Origin: a virus
Length of the DNA: 64,000 nt
Strand: one strand, 5' to 3'
Virus record (IMG/VR): IMGVR_UViG_3300021962_000032
A program made the translations under genes and the position numbers. Positions 17,982-27,049 of the stretch are shown here, one piece after another. The notes beneath the pieces were generated by a model. The model had not been told where the DNA came from. It did no database searches and saw only the letters and a list, made by a program, of their open reading frames with translations. Numbering within the stretch: position 1 is the stretch's first letter; every line of letters begins with the position of its first letter.

Positions 17982-20231
17982 TCAATTGCATTTTAACTCA
18001 TTTGCTTGTTTCGTGCAAGCATATTCTCTCCACCATCGCATCGTTTCGTGATAAGAAACATGATGATATTGATTTGTCTCCCCTGTCCTAACTCCCATAG
18101 CATCAATATAACTCGATGGACATTGGTTCACATCTTCAACAAATAATGGACACATGTAAACTTTGGACAAATCTGAGTAAATGATTGTTTCAATTACAGG
18201 AACTCTAGCCCATTCTGGCCTAATTCCCAAATCTTTTCCGGAATAATTTAAATTAAATTCATCATCTGGATAATATGTTTCAATTATTTTCTGTGCATGT
18301 TTTCTACTTATCAAATAGATGCATCCAGACCAATCACACCAACATCTACTTCTAAGTCCTATAGAAAATGTATGATAATGTTCTCTAAGTAAACATAATT
18401 GAACACAACCCCAATCTTCTGGGATAGATTCAAAAAATTGTTTCCACGTAAAGTTCCAATATTTAACAGTATCAAATCCCAAATCATCTTCGCAAATTAT
18501 GGTATATAATTCGTCAGTTTCAGTTAACCATTTTTTAATAGTTTTTAAATGAGAAGTTACTGGTCCTCTACTTCCCATACTTAATCTATTAAGTAAATCT
18601 GATTTTATTACATGCTCATTATCATCATACTTCTTATAAATGTGCGGAGTAACTTTGGTAATTCCATATTGTTCAAATTTATCATAAAGTAAATCTCTTC
18701 GATCTTGAGTTTCTTCAATACTAATAAAATTCACAGAAGGAAACTCTTCAAACTTTTTCTTGTCATCATAAGGAACTCTATAAACATAACATAGATCTTC
18801 GGTATAAAATCCACTTAAAGTTTCATTAACAGCCTGTTTGATTCCGGGAAACCAATCATGCATTCCTTCTGGATAATAATCATGTCCCGCCAGTATTCCA
18901 CCGGGCTTAATTTTTGGCAACCAATTTTCAATGTCTTTCTTTGCATTTTCATAATCTTCAGATGCATCTAAAAATACAAAATCTAAAGATCGATCTTTGA
19001 ATTTTTTGGATGCATCTTCAGAACTAATTCTCAATGGAAAATAATTTTTTTCAACTGGTCGCATATTATTCAAAAACTTTTTATAAATTTCCGAATCCTC
19101 CCAAGTATCCACACAATAAAAATCAATATCCTTTTTTGAATTTGATATTTCTACAGCAAGATATGACGTGGATCTTCCTTTCCAACATCCGACCTCCACA
19201 AATTTACTTCCATTTGGGAACTCATTGGCAACTCTTGTGTATAGATTTTGATAAGAAAACCAATCTTCATCAAATAAATCATCTCTCTGCCAATAATGAT
19301 CTATTTTAATATCACGTTCAACATCATTATCTGGAAGATCTTTTTTTAAAGCATCTGATATTTTCTCAGATATTGTCATAATCCTACATTTCCACCAATT
19401 TAAAATTTCTTCTTGCTTCTTTTCTAATTTTTTAAAATTAGTCAAAAGAACTGTACATTCATGAACGGCTTCATTCCAATCAGAAACAAAAATCCATGGT
19501 GGGTTATTTTCATATTTGAAAGTGCTTTCTATTTCATGTGCAGGACCGGCAACGATTGGAATTGCACCACACATTGATGCTTCATACAATCTGTAACAAT
19601 CTAAAGTTGAATTACCTCTACCGCAAGGAACAAACACAGAATTTAAATACTTATCAATCATTTCATCTTTTGAGATGGTATGAACAGAATATGACTGTTT
19701 TGGTATTGCAGCAAAAGCCATTAGCATATCGTACCTATCAGCTTTTAGATCACCCATCCAAGACCAAGAATATTGCCTATCTTTTGGTTTTTTAAATTCA
19801 TTTAATGGGGTTGGCAACCTATCCATAAAATTAATTCCAGCTCCATTACAATAACCCAATGGAATATGAAAAGTATTTTCTGTGTAAGTATATCCTTTAT
19901 GATGATATTGCCTTAAAAATAAATTACAATATTTACCCAAAACATTAAATTCATTCAAATCTTCATGTTTGTATTCATCGGACAATGAAATTATTATCTT
20001 TGGATTTACTTTTTTTACAACATATAAAACATCATTCAAAGTATGTTTTCTGCAGTTAAAAACTAAAATATCATATTTGATTTCATTTATTGTATAAATT
20101 CCATCAACTACACTTAAAAATGATGCTATTTTATTTGCAGATAGTGGCATTAACGTATCTACAATATAATCAGTTTCCCAAATTTTTTCTTTATTTTCAT
20201 CCAAAAATAAAATACTAATATCTTCACTCAT
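17982..20231 (-). CDS. Three-domain protein: exostosin/GT47-like, class I SAM methyltransferase, GT25-like
   Basis: SVFVPCGRGN..DCYRLYEA..CGAIP; FVEVGCWKGRS..CVDTW..DFVFLDA..GGILAGHDY; GPVTSHL..ICEDDL..QL..YLISR. Confidence 0.75.
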   Translation of the reverse strand: MSEDISILFLDENKEKIWETDYIVDTLMPLSANKIASFLSVVDGIYTINEIKYDILVFNCRKHTLNDVLYVVKKVNPKIIISLSDEYKHEDLNEFNVLGKYCNLFLRQYHHKGYTYTENTFHIPLGYCNGAGINFMDRLPTPLNEFKKPKDRQYSWSWMGDLKADRYDMLMAFAAIPKQSYSVHTISKDEMIDKYLNSVFVPCGRGNSTLDCYRLYEASMCGAIPIVAGPAHEIESTFKYENNPPWIFVSDWNEAVHECTVLLTNFKKLEKKQEEILNWWKCRIMTISEKISDALKKDLPDNDVERDIKIDHYWQRDDLFDEDWFSYQNLYTRVANEFPNGSKFVEVGCWKGRSTSYLAVEISNSKKDIDFYCVDTWEDSEIYKKFLNNMRPVEKNYFPLRISSEDASKKFKDRSLDFVFLDASEDYENAKKDIENWLPKIKPGGILAGHDYYPEGMHDWFPGIKQAVNETLSGFYTEDLCYVYRVPYDDKKKFEEFPSVNFISIEETQDRRDLLYDKFEQYGITKVTPHIYKKYDDNEHVIKSDLLNRLSMGSRGPVTSHLKTIKKWLTETDELYTIICEDDLGFDTVKYWNFTWKQFFESIPEDWGCVQLCLLREHYHTFSIGLRSRCWCDWSGCIYLISRKHAQKIIETYYPDDEFNLNYSGKDLGIRPEWARVPVIETIIYSDLSKVYMCPLFVEDVNQCPSSYIDAMGVRTGETNQYHHVSYHETMRWWREYACTKQANELKCN

Positions 20232-20266
20232 AGTAAATCGATAGTTTTATTGATTTTTTATCTTAT

Positions 20267-21157
20267 TTATTCTTTAGATCTAAGCTTAGCATAATCAAAA
20301 ATCTTCTGCGGAACATTGATATCAAGTGCTTCTTCAAATCCCCTAAACCCCGGAGCAGAGTTTGCCTCACAGATTTTATATCCATCCTCATGAAATAAAA
20401 GATCAACACCGGCAATATCAAGATCAAGAACTTTAGCAACTTGAATTGCCAAAAGTTCCATCTGATCATCTACTTCTATACCTTCTCCCACTCCACCTCT
20501 GGATATATTCGCTTTAAAAGATCCATCAACTGATTTCCTTTGCATTGCACCAATTACTCTACCACCAACAACAATTACACGAATATCTCGTCCCCTCGAT
20601 TGATCAATATATTCTTGAACAATCATAGAACTTTTAAAATCTATTGATGAAATAAGTTCCGAAAGATCCTCAAATTGTTTTGCGTTCTCACAAAGGTAAA
20701 CTCCAGCACCATGAGATCCTGTGACAACTTTCATAACACAAGGAAACCCTACTTGCTTTTCAACCAAATCACTATTACTTGGAAAACGAGTAAGCATTGT
20801 TTTAGGAATAGGAAGTCCGGCCTGCCCAAAGATTTGCATGGCATACATCTTATCCTTTGCGGCTTCAATTGAATTTGAATTGGGAAGTGTAGGAACATTC
20901 AACCTTTCAAACTGACGAAGCACGGAAAGATTATAATATCCAGTGCTACTTCCTGTCCGAGCAAGAACTACATCGGGGAGAGCAACGGCATCATTAAGAT
21001 ATCGAATTGATTTCCTATCATCCCGAGAAACAATTAAATCAATTTCGTCCGCATAAACTACAGAAAAATCGATACCATACTTATTTGATTCTTCTATAAA
21101 TCGATCTCTCTCGTAAGTTTCCTTTGTGAGACGATTACATAACATCCAGAGTTTCAT
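20267..21157 (-). CDS. RimK-family ATP-grasp ligase
   Basis: KDKM, P.T, GSHGAGV, VQEYI..GRDIRV.VVG, FKANISRGG, AGVDLL, EANSAPGF.G.E. Confidence 0.88.
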   Translation of the reverse strand: MKLWMLCNRLTKETYERDRFIEESNKYGIDFSVVYADEIDLIVSRDDRKSIRYLNDAVALPDVVLARTGSSTGYYNLSVLRQFERLNVPTLPNSNSIEAAKDKMYAMQIFGQAGLPIPKTMLTRFPSNSDLVEKQVGFPCVMKVVTGSHGAGVYLCENAKQFEDLSELISSIDFKSSMIVQEYIDQSRGRDIRVIVVGGRVIGAMQRKSVDGSFKANISRGGVGEGIEVDDQMELLAIQVAKVLDLDIAGVDLLFHEDGYKICEANSAPGFRGFEEALDINVPQKIFDYAKLRSKE

Positions 21158-21186
21158 AAAAATATAAAAGTTTTACATAATTATAA

Positions 21187-21261
21187 TTATATGTCTTGTG
21201 CAATGGACAATACAAACATAAAAATCCCGAAGGCAATAAAGGTTGCGAGTATTAGGAGCAT
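21187..21261 (-). CDS. Hydrophobic micro-protein (24 aa)
   Basis: MLLILATFIAFGIFMFVLSIAQDI; read by hand. Confidence 0.3.
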   Translation of the reverse strand: MLLILATFIAFGIFMFVLSIAQDI

Positions 21262-21288
21262 AAAAAAGGAGTTCTTTTGGAACTCCTT
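21262..21288 (-). terminator. Rho-independent terminator after the psbD unit
   Basis: AAGGAGTTCC-AAAA-GAACTCCTT followed by a T tract. Confidence 0.7.
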
Positions 21289-21297
21289 TATTTATTT

Positions 21298-21432
21298 TCA
21301 ACTTTGTCCTTGGGAATAGACGGGTTGCAAAATGCCCCCATCTTGGTCATCATCATTATCGTGATCCTCATTGAGAATAACGATTAAAGCAAATACAAAG
21401 AGAACCAAGTATAGAATATACTGAGGGTTCAC
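21298..21432 (-). CDS. Small membrane protein (44 aa)
   Basis: GTG overlaps the psbD stop; TM helix then [11 protein letters not shown]. Confidence 0.55.
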   Translation of the reverse strand: MNPQYILYLVLFVFALIVILNEDHDNDDDQDGGILQPVYSQGQS

Positions 21433-22490
21433 AGTGCGTTACCTCTTGGCAGAACTTCCTCGGGGAACACAAAGTTCTCATGAGGTTGATCTACTGGTGC
21501 CATCCAAGCACGAAGACCTTCATTGAGTAGAATGTTCTTGGTGTAGAACGTTTCAAACTCAGGGTCCTCAGCAGCACGAATCTCCTGACTTACAAAGTCA
21601 TAAGCACGAAGATTCAAAGCCAGTCCGATAATCCCAATAGAAGAAGTCCAAAGACCCATAACGGGAACAAATAACATAAAGAAATGTAGCCAACGCTTAT
21701 TACTAAAGGCAATACCAAAAATCTGAGACCAGAACCTGTTTGCCGTAACCATAGAGTAAGTTTCCTCCTCTTGCGTCGGTTCAAATGCCTTGAACGTATT
21801 TGCTTGTTCACTATCTTCAAACAAAGTGTTTTCTACAGTTGCTCCGTGAATGGCACAGAGCAGTGCTCCACCCAGTATACCAGCAACTCCCATCATATGG
21901 AAGGGGTTGAGAGTCCAGTTGTGGAAACCCTGAAGGAACAGAAGGAACCTGAAGATTGCTGCGACTCCAAATGAGGGAGCAAAGAACCAACTGGATTGAC
22001 CCAGTGGATACATCAGGAATACGGAAACAAATACTGCAATAGGACCAGAGAATGCGATTGCGTTGTAAGGACGAATGCCTACAAGACGGGCAATCTCAAA
22101 TTGCCGAAGCATGAATCCAATTAGAGCGAAAGCTCCGTGGAGTGCCACAAAAGGCCAGAGTCCCCCAAGTTGGAACCACCTGACGATATCCCCTTGAGCC
22201 TCAGGACCCCAGAGAAGCAGAAGAGAATGACCCATAGAATCTGCTGGAGTAGAAACTGCCGCAGTAAGAAAGTTTGCACCCTCCAGATAGGAACTTGCCA
22301 ACCCGTGAGTATACCAACTCGTAACGAAAGTTGTCCCAGTAAGCCAACCACCAAGAGCAAGATAAGCAGTGGGAAAAAGAAGAAGTCCAGACCAGCCAAC
22401 AAAAACGAAACGATCTCTCTTAAGCCAGTCGTCCAAGACATCGAACCACCCCCTTTGTGAATTTGATTGTGTGAGCGTAGATGAAACCAT
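21429..22490 (-). CDS. psbD: Photosystem II D2 protein
   Basis: [21 protein letters not shown] ... [10 protein letters not shown]. Confidence 0.99.
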   Translation of the reverse strand: MVSSTLTQSNSQRGWFDVLDDWLKRDRFVFVGWSGLLLFPTAYLALGGWLTGTTFVTSWYTHGLASSYLEGANFLTAAVSTPADSMGHSLLLLWGPEAQGDIVRWFQLGGLWPFVALHGAFALIGFMLRQFEIARLVGIRPYNAIAFSGPIAVFVSVFLMYPLGQSSWFFAPSFGVAAIFRFLLFLQGFHNWTLNPFHMMGVAGILGGALLCAIHGATVENTLFEDSEQANTFKAFEPTQEEETYSMVTANRFWSQIFGIAFSNKRWLHFFMLFVPVMGLWTSSIGIIGLALNLRAYDFVSQEIRAAEDPEFETFYTKNILLNEGLRAWMAPVDQPHENFVFPEEVLPRGNAL

Positions 22491-22516
22491 AGCCTCCTCA
22501 TTGATTTAACATATTT

Positions 22517-22545
22517 ATGTTAACACTTCTTAACAAAGAAGTCAA
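22517..22545 (-). promoter_or_regulatory. psbD promoter with an HLR1-like repeat
   Basis: TTGACT-N17-TAACAT, an overlapping CATAAATA, and GTTAAGAA-GT-GTTAACAT. Confidence 0.55.
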
Positions 22546-22558
22546 TGGGTATTAGTGC

Positions 22559-22681
22559 TCATCCCCAATAAATCTGACCGAGAGTGAACAGAACAAATAC
22601 AAGGATCGTAAATATCATCATACCTATGCCTGCCCAGATTACCCAGGGTTCCATAGGTTCGTGCTGAGGATTATGAGACAT
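22559..22681 (-). CDS. Small membrane protein (40 aa)
   Basis: MSHNPQHEPMEPWVIWAGIGMMIFTILVFVLFTLGQIYWG; read by hand. Confidence 0.5.
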   Translation of the reverse strand: MSHNPQHEPMEPWVIWAGIGMMIFTILVFVLFTLGQIYWG

Positions 22682-22707
22682 AAAAAAAGAGGGTTGTTAT
22701 ACCCTCT
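22682..22707 (-). terminator. psbA terminator
   Basis: AAGAGGGTATAACAACCCTCTTTTTTT. Confidence 0.7.
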
Positions 22708-22734
22708 TAATTATATCAGTTATTCAGTTTTATA

Positions 22735-23814
22735 TCAACCAATGGCAGGTGCAGTGAGAGCAACAGGAGTTGACTCAGCAGCAGCAAGGTCCAGAGGGAA
22801 GTTGTGAGCATTGCGCTCGTGCATTACCTCCATTCCCAGTCCAGCACGGTTCAGAACATCTGCCCAAGTGTTGAGCACACGACCCTGACCATCAATGATG
22901 CTCTGGTTGAAGTTGAAACCATTCAGGTTGAATGCCATGGTGCTAACACCAAGAGCAGTAAACCAGATGCCTACAACAGGCCAGGCAGCAAGGAAGAAGT
23001 GCAGTGAACGAGAGTTGTTGAACGAAGCATATTGGAAGATCAGACGACCGAAATACCCGTGAGCAGCAACAATGTTGTAGGTCTCTTCTTCTTGACCGAA
23101 CTTGTAACCATAGTTCTGAGATTCGGTTTCAGTAGTTTCACGAACCAGTGAAGAAGTCACCAGTGAACCGTGCATAGCACTGAAGAGTGAACCACCGAAC
23201 ACACCAGCAACTCCAAGCATGTGGAAGGGGTGCATCAGGATGTTATGTTCTGCTTGGAAGACAAGCATGTAGTTAAAGGTGCCAGAGATACCCAAAGGCA
23301 TCGCATCAGAGAAAGAACCTTGACCGAAAGGATAGACCAGGAATACAGCAGATGCGGCAGCAACAGGAGCACTGTAAGCAACGCAGATCCAAGGACGCAT
23401 ACCTAGACGGTAAGAAAGTTCCCATTCACGTCCCATATAAGCATAGATGCCGATGAGGAAGTGAAATACAACAAGTTGGAAAGGTCCACCGTTATAAAGC
23501 CATTCATCAAGAGATGCAGCTTCCCAAATGGGATAGAAGTGCAGACCAATCGCATTAGAAGAAGGAACAACGGCACCAGAGATGATGTTGTTTCCGTACA
23601 TTAGAGAACCAGCAACGGGTTCACGGATGCCGTCAATGTCCACAGGGGGAGCACCGATGAATGCGATAATGAAGCAAGTCGTGGCAGCAAGCAAACAAGG
23701 GATCATCAGCACACCAAACCAACCAACATAGATGCGGTTATTGGTAGAAGTAATCCAATTGCAGAACTGTTCCCAAGTATTCGATTGTCGTTGTTGTGAA
23801 ATTGTAGCAGTCAT
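22735..23814 (-). CDS. psbA: Photosystem II D1 protein (Glu130 form, no intron)
   Basis: [32 protein letters not shown]. Confidence 0.99.
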   Translation of the reverse strand: MTATISQQRQSNTWEQFCNWITSTNNRIYVGWFGVLMIPCLLAATTCFIIAFIGAPPVDIDGIREPVAGSLMYGNNIISGAVVPSSNAIGLHFYPIWEAASLDEWLYNGGPFQLVVFHFLIGIYAYMGREWELSYRLGMRPWICVAYSAPVAAASAVFLVYPFGQGSFSDAMPLGISGTFNYMLVFQAEHNILMHPFHMLGVAGVFGGSLFSAMHGSLVTSSLVRETTETESQNYGYKFGQEEETYNIVAAHGYFGRLIFQYASFNNSRSLHFFLAAWPVVGIWFTALGVSTMAFNLNGFNFNQSIIDGQGRVLNTWADVLNRAGLGMEVMHERNAHNFPLDLAAAESTPVALTAPAIG

Positions 23815-23827
23815 TGTTTTAAAAAAG

Positions 23828-23924
23828 TAGTAAGACCATCAGGGACATGGTGGAGTTACTATGCTCCCCGCACCCTCAGCGGGGATATGAGAGACGTATT
23901 TACCCTCCCTTAGGTCTCGGTTAA
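23828..23924 (-). ncRNA. PhotoRC-II-like structured psbA leader
   Basis: GAGACC...GTCTC, CCCCGC-TGAGGGT-GCGGGG and ACCAT-GTCCCTG-ATGGT hairpins with complementary AGGG/CCCT loops, directly upstream of psbA. Confidence 0.75.
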
Positions 23925-23971
23925 CGGGAGCACAATCTTTAAGAAACTTTACATTCCTTAACTTGTTGATG

Positions 23972-24005
23972 TATTTATAATAACACTGTCAGCAATCCCT
24001 GTCAA
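23972..24005 (-). promoter_or_regulatory. Composite early/late psbA promoter
   Basis: TTGACA-N17-TATTAT with TATAAATA (23972-23979) overlapping the -10 box. Confidence 0.75.
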
Positions 24006-24031
24006 TAGGTCCAATTGCCTAAGTGGCACAG

Positions 24032-24060
24032 TATAAATAGAAACCACCTTTTTATAAATA
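24032..24060 (+). promoter_or_regulatory. Two tandem T4 late promoters
   Basis: TATAAATA at 24032-24039 and 24053-24060. Confidence 0.65.
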
Positions 24061-24085
24061 TTTGAGTGTTATTTGGAGCACCGCA

Positions 24086-24199
24086 GTGGCAAAATCTGCA
24101 AACAAGGGCAAAAAAGGTTCTGCTGGCGGAAAGCAGTCAAAACAAAATTCTGGCAATGCTACTGCCAAGAAAGCAAAGAACGGTGGGAAGAAAAAATAG
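24086..24199 (+). CDS. Small Lys/Gly-rich basic protein (37 aa)
   Basis: GGAG SD then GTG: MAKSANKGKKGSAGGKQSKQNSGNATAKKAKNGGKKK. Confidence 0.6.
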   Translation: MAKSANKGKKGSAGGKQSKQNSGNATAKKAKNGGKKK

Positions 24200-24213
24200 T
24201 TTATTTAAATACT

Positions 24214-24633
24214 ATGATAATTGAAACATTAGAAGCAATTGGTATTTTAATTTCTATCGGTTCTTCATTAAAAGATCTCAAAGATAAATTCTTCAATTCC
24301 AAAAAAAGGAAAGAAATTGCAGAATGGACTTATGATCTTGGAAGTATCGTAGAAGATATAGCAATTCATTTAAATAAAAACGAATATCCCCATCAAACAT
24401 GTGCAAGAATGGCATATGTTGCTGATGTTTTTCCAGACGTTGTAGGTGATGCAATCACCTCAAAAGAAGAAAATCTTTTAAAAGAATTATTACAATCTGC
24501 CATAAATATCGAAAGAACTTTTGGGGAATACAGTTCTCTTGAGGAATTTGATAAAACAAGTTACATTCAAGAATTATATTCAATTTCTGGTTCTATTTTA
24601 GGTATTGCTGATTCACTAAAACATAAAAAATGA
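24214..24633 (+). CDS. Hypothetical protein (start revised from 24073)
   Basis: MIIETLEAIG...; the upstream extension overlaps the basic peptide gene. Confidence 0.65.
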   Translation: MIIETLEAIGILISIGSSLKDLKDKFFNSKKRKEIAEWTYDLGSIVEDIAIHLNKNEYPHQTCARMAYVADVFPDVVGDAITSKEENLLKELLQSAINIERTFGEYSSLEEFDKTSYIQELYSISGSILGIADSLKHKK

Positions 24634-24788
24634 ATACATTAACTGGTGGAGATGTTGTTTGGTCTGTTATTATTCTTCTTTCAGTCGGTTTAGCTGGAAC
24701 ATCTTGGGTAATCTATAAAGTTCTTATCTGGGATAATGAAGAAACTAATTCTTCCGATCATAATCATCATTCGTCTTCTGACCAATGA
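24630..24788 (+). CDS. Small membrane protein (52 aa)
   Basis: ATGA overlap; DVVWSVIILLSVGLAGTSWVIYKVL TM helix. Confidence 0.55.
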   Translation: MNTLTGGDVVWSVIILLSVGLAGTSWVIYKVLIWDNEETNSSDHNHHSSSDQ

Positions 24789-24884
24789 TGGTTTTTTTAA
24801 TGAAAACAGAAACGTCAGGAGCAAACTTCAACCACCAGAAGTTCGTTCTTCAATTCGTAGAGTTTGGAAAAAAGGAGCAAAAAA

Positions 24885-25241
24885 ATGTACGACTACAAAG
24901 TAAAAAGCATTAAAAGAGTTATTGACGGTGATACTGTTGAGGTTGAAATCGATTTAGGGTTTCATTTGACTCTTTGTGATAAAGTTCGTTTAGCAGGAGT
25001 CAATACTCCAGAAACAAGAACTACAAATCCAGAAGAAAAAGAAAAAGGTCTCAAATCCAAAGCATGGATGCAAGACCGTTTGAGTAATATTGAGGGTAAA
25101 GAGTTAATCGTAAAATTCGTAAAAGAAGAAAAGTACGGAAGATTACTGGGTTGGTTATATTTTGTTGGAGAACCTAATACCCTCAACGAACAATTAATTA
25201 ATGAAGGGTTAGCAGAACCTTATATGACTGATCAACTTTGA
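24885..25241 (+). CDS. Thermonuclease (SNase) family protein
   Basis: RVIDGDTVEV.IDLGF, VRLAGVNTPE, KYGRLLG, NEQLI.EGLA. Confidence 0.9.
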   Translation: MYDYKVKSIKRVIDGDTVEVEIDLGFHLTLCDKVRLAGVNTPETRTTNPEEKEKGLKSKAWMQDRLSNIEGKELIVKFVKEEKYGRLLGWLYFVGEPNTLNEQLINEGLAEPYMTDQL

Positions 25242-26398
25242 TCGAAATAAGAAGATTCTTCATAAGGAATTTCTGGCATATGTGAACTGAAGTCATCTAT
25301 TACATCATAAGAATTATCAATGTATTGATCTTCGTAAATTTCATTTTCAATAATGTCTTGATAGAAATTATGCCCTGGATGTTCTTCTACAAATCGATCA
25401 ATAACATCTGCAATTGAATTTCCATCATTTTCAGCGTTGTTATGAGGTCCAGAATTACCTGGAGGATCTTGATCTCCATTCCCCCATCCATTATTTCCTC
25501 CTTTACCTCCTCCATTATTAGGAGGATTTTCAGAATTATTATCTTGTCCTCCGTCATTTTTTGAATCACCTGGAGGTTGGTTTGATTCGGGGTCTTGTCC
25601 ATCTTGATGATTGCCTTTGCCTGGATTATCTGATGCTCCAGTTTCTCCATCCCAAGGTGAGTTTCCAACTTCTTTATCATTGCCAGGATTACCTCTGCCT
25701 GGATCCTCAGGGTCTTCGGGATCTTCTGGATCTTCAGGTTCCTCTGGATCTTCTGGATCTTCTGGATCTTCAGGTTCCTCTGGATCTTCTGGATCTTCAG
25801 GTTCCTCAGGATCTTCTGGATCTTCTGGATCTTCTGGATCTTCAGGTTCCTCTGGATCTTCTGGATCTTCTGGATCTTCTGGATCTTCTGGATCTTCAGG
25901 TTCCTCTGGATCTTCGGGAGGATCAACTGGTGGAACAGGGGGGTCCACGGGAGGATCAACTGGTGGAGTGGGGGGGTCTACAGGCGGTTCTTGTTCTGGT
26001 AGATCGCCAACAACAATGCTGTCGTCAACATTATTCCCACTCCCAAAAGATATAGTATCAGGATTAAAAGAGATTCCATTTGTCTGAACTGGTGTGATAT
26101 CTATTCCATAAGCTTTGAATGCTTCTGCTGGGGTGATGTTTCTCAAAATCACATTATCCCCAGAAGATCCAAAAGATTCCAATGCAGGATTAGAAAGATC
26201 TGTATCTGTCGTAACTTCAACTACACCAACATTACTTGATGGTGCAGTTTCTACTGGAGTGTTATCTACTCCCTCACCTACTGGTGTGTATCCACCAGGA
26301 AAACGAGCAGCATAACCAGGAGAATAGGGAGAAAGATCCTGTGCTTGCTGACTCGATTTTAAATTTTCATCACCTTGTAATGCTATTTGATCTTCCAT
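25232..26398 (-). CDS. Acidic low-complexity protein with a (PED/PEE)n tract and Gly/Asn-rich motifs
   Basis: 388 aa; PPVD repeats, 24 x PE(D/E), GNNGWGNGDQDPPGNSG. Confidence 0.75.
   Translation of the reverse strand: MEDQIALQGDENLKSSQQAQDLSPYSPGYAARFPGGYTPVGEGVDNTPVETAPSSNVGVVEVTTDTDLSNPALESFGSSGDNVILRNITPAEAFKAYGIDITPVQTNGISFNPDTISFGSGNNVDDSIVVGDLPEQEPPVDPPTPPVDPPVDPPVPPVDPPEDPEEPEDPEDPEDPEDPEDPEEPEDPEDPEDPEDPEEPEDPEDPEEPEDPEDPEDPEEPEDPEDPEDPEDPGRGNPGNDKEVGNSPWDGETGASDNPGKGNHQDGQDPESNQPPGDSKNDGGQDNNSENPPNNGGGKGGNNGWGNGDQDPPGNSGPHNNAENDGNSIADVIDRFVEEHPGHNFYQDIIENEIYEDQYIDNSYDVIDDFSSHMPEIPYEESSYFDQS
25703..25918. repeat. Coding 9-bp tandem repeat, about 24 units (CCAGAAGAT consensus on the minus strand)
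   Basis: Repeated ggatcttct / ggttcctct units. Confidence 0.95.
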
Positions 26399-26416
26399 GA
26401 TTTTTATGTTGTTTAG

Positions 26417-27049
26417 TTATTTATTTTTCATTCCCATTTCCCAGAGGTATCCCTCTGCTTTTCTACGTTTTGCCAGTCCAGGTTCCACTGATGTACCTGG
26501 ATTTCTGTACATATAAAGTACTTCTGGAACTTTATGCCATTGTTTATTTTTCAAAACAAATGAGATAGTTGCAAAATTTTTATTCCCGTAGAAGTTGGGT
26601 CCCATATTATAACAAAAGGAAAGAAGTGCTCCTTTTTGATTCTCACTCATTTCATTCCAAAATGGAATCTTTTGCAATGCTGGAAGATATTCTTTCTTTA
26701 AAGTTTTAGCAAAAAGTTCATCTGCTTCTTGCTGCGTAATTCTATCTCCAATTCTGAAGGAAGTTCCATTCAATCTCTTCGTAGAACCCCACCCAATTGT
26801 AATGGGCAATCCACCAGAAAGAGGATCGTAATATGCCTTCAATTCACATCCTTCAAACTGCTTTATCAAATCAACACCAGATTTTGGAAGATCGACAAGA
26901 TAATTTACCTTTGGTCCATCTCTATAAATTCTTGCAAACTCATCTAAGATTTCTTTATGAATTGATTTTTGCAAAAAATCCCATGCCTTCTTTTGATGCG
27001 GCAAACCCTTAAAGCTTTCTGCTGCATCTTCAAATCTTATGGTTTCCAT
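26417..27049 (-). CDS. GH24 lysozyme (endolysin)
   Basis: LIKQFEGC.LKAYYD...TIGWGST, ALLSF.YNMG, GL.KRR.AE. Confidence 0.9.
   Translation of the reverse strand: METIRFEDAAESFKGLPHQKKAWDFLQKSIHKEILDEFARIYRDGPKVNYLVDLPKSGVDLIKQFEGCELKAYYDPLSGGLPITIGWGSTKRLNGTSFRIGDRITQQEADELFAKTLKKEYLPALQKIPFWNEMSENQKGALLSFCYNMGPNFYGNKNFATISFVLKNKQWHKVPEVLYMYRNPGTSVEPGLAKRRKAEGYLWEMGMKNK

Noticed and set aside
21429-23814. Group I intron or homing endonuclease in psbA or psbD
   Set aside because: Both genes are uninterrupted and of normal length
24073-24213. N-terminal extension of ORF 24073..24633
   Set aside because: TTG start with no clear SD; the region is better explained by the 37-aa basic peptide and an ATG at 24214
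25387-26087. Alternative-frame repeat ORFs (KIQ, LLD, GSS repeats) and a possible CRISPR-like array
   Set aside because: By-products of a 9-bp coding tandem repeat; no unique spacers and no cas genes
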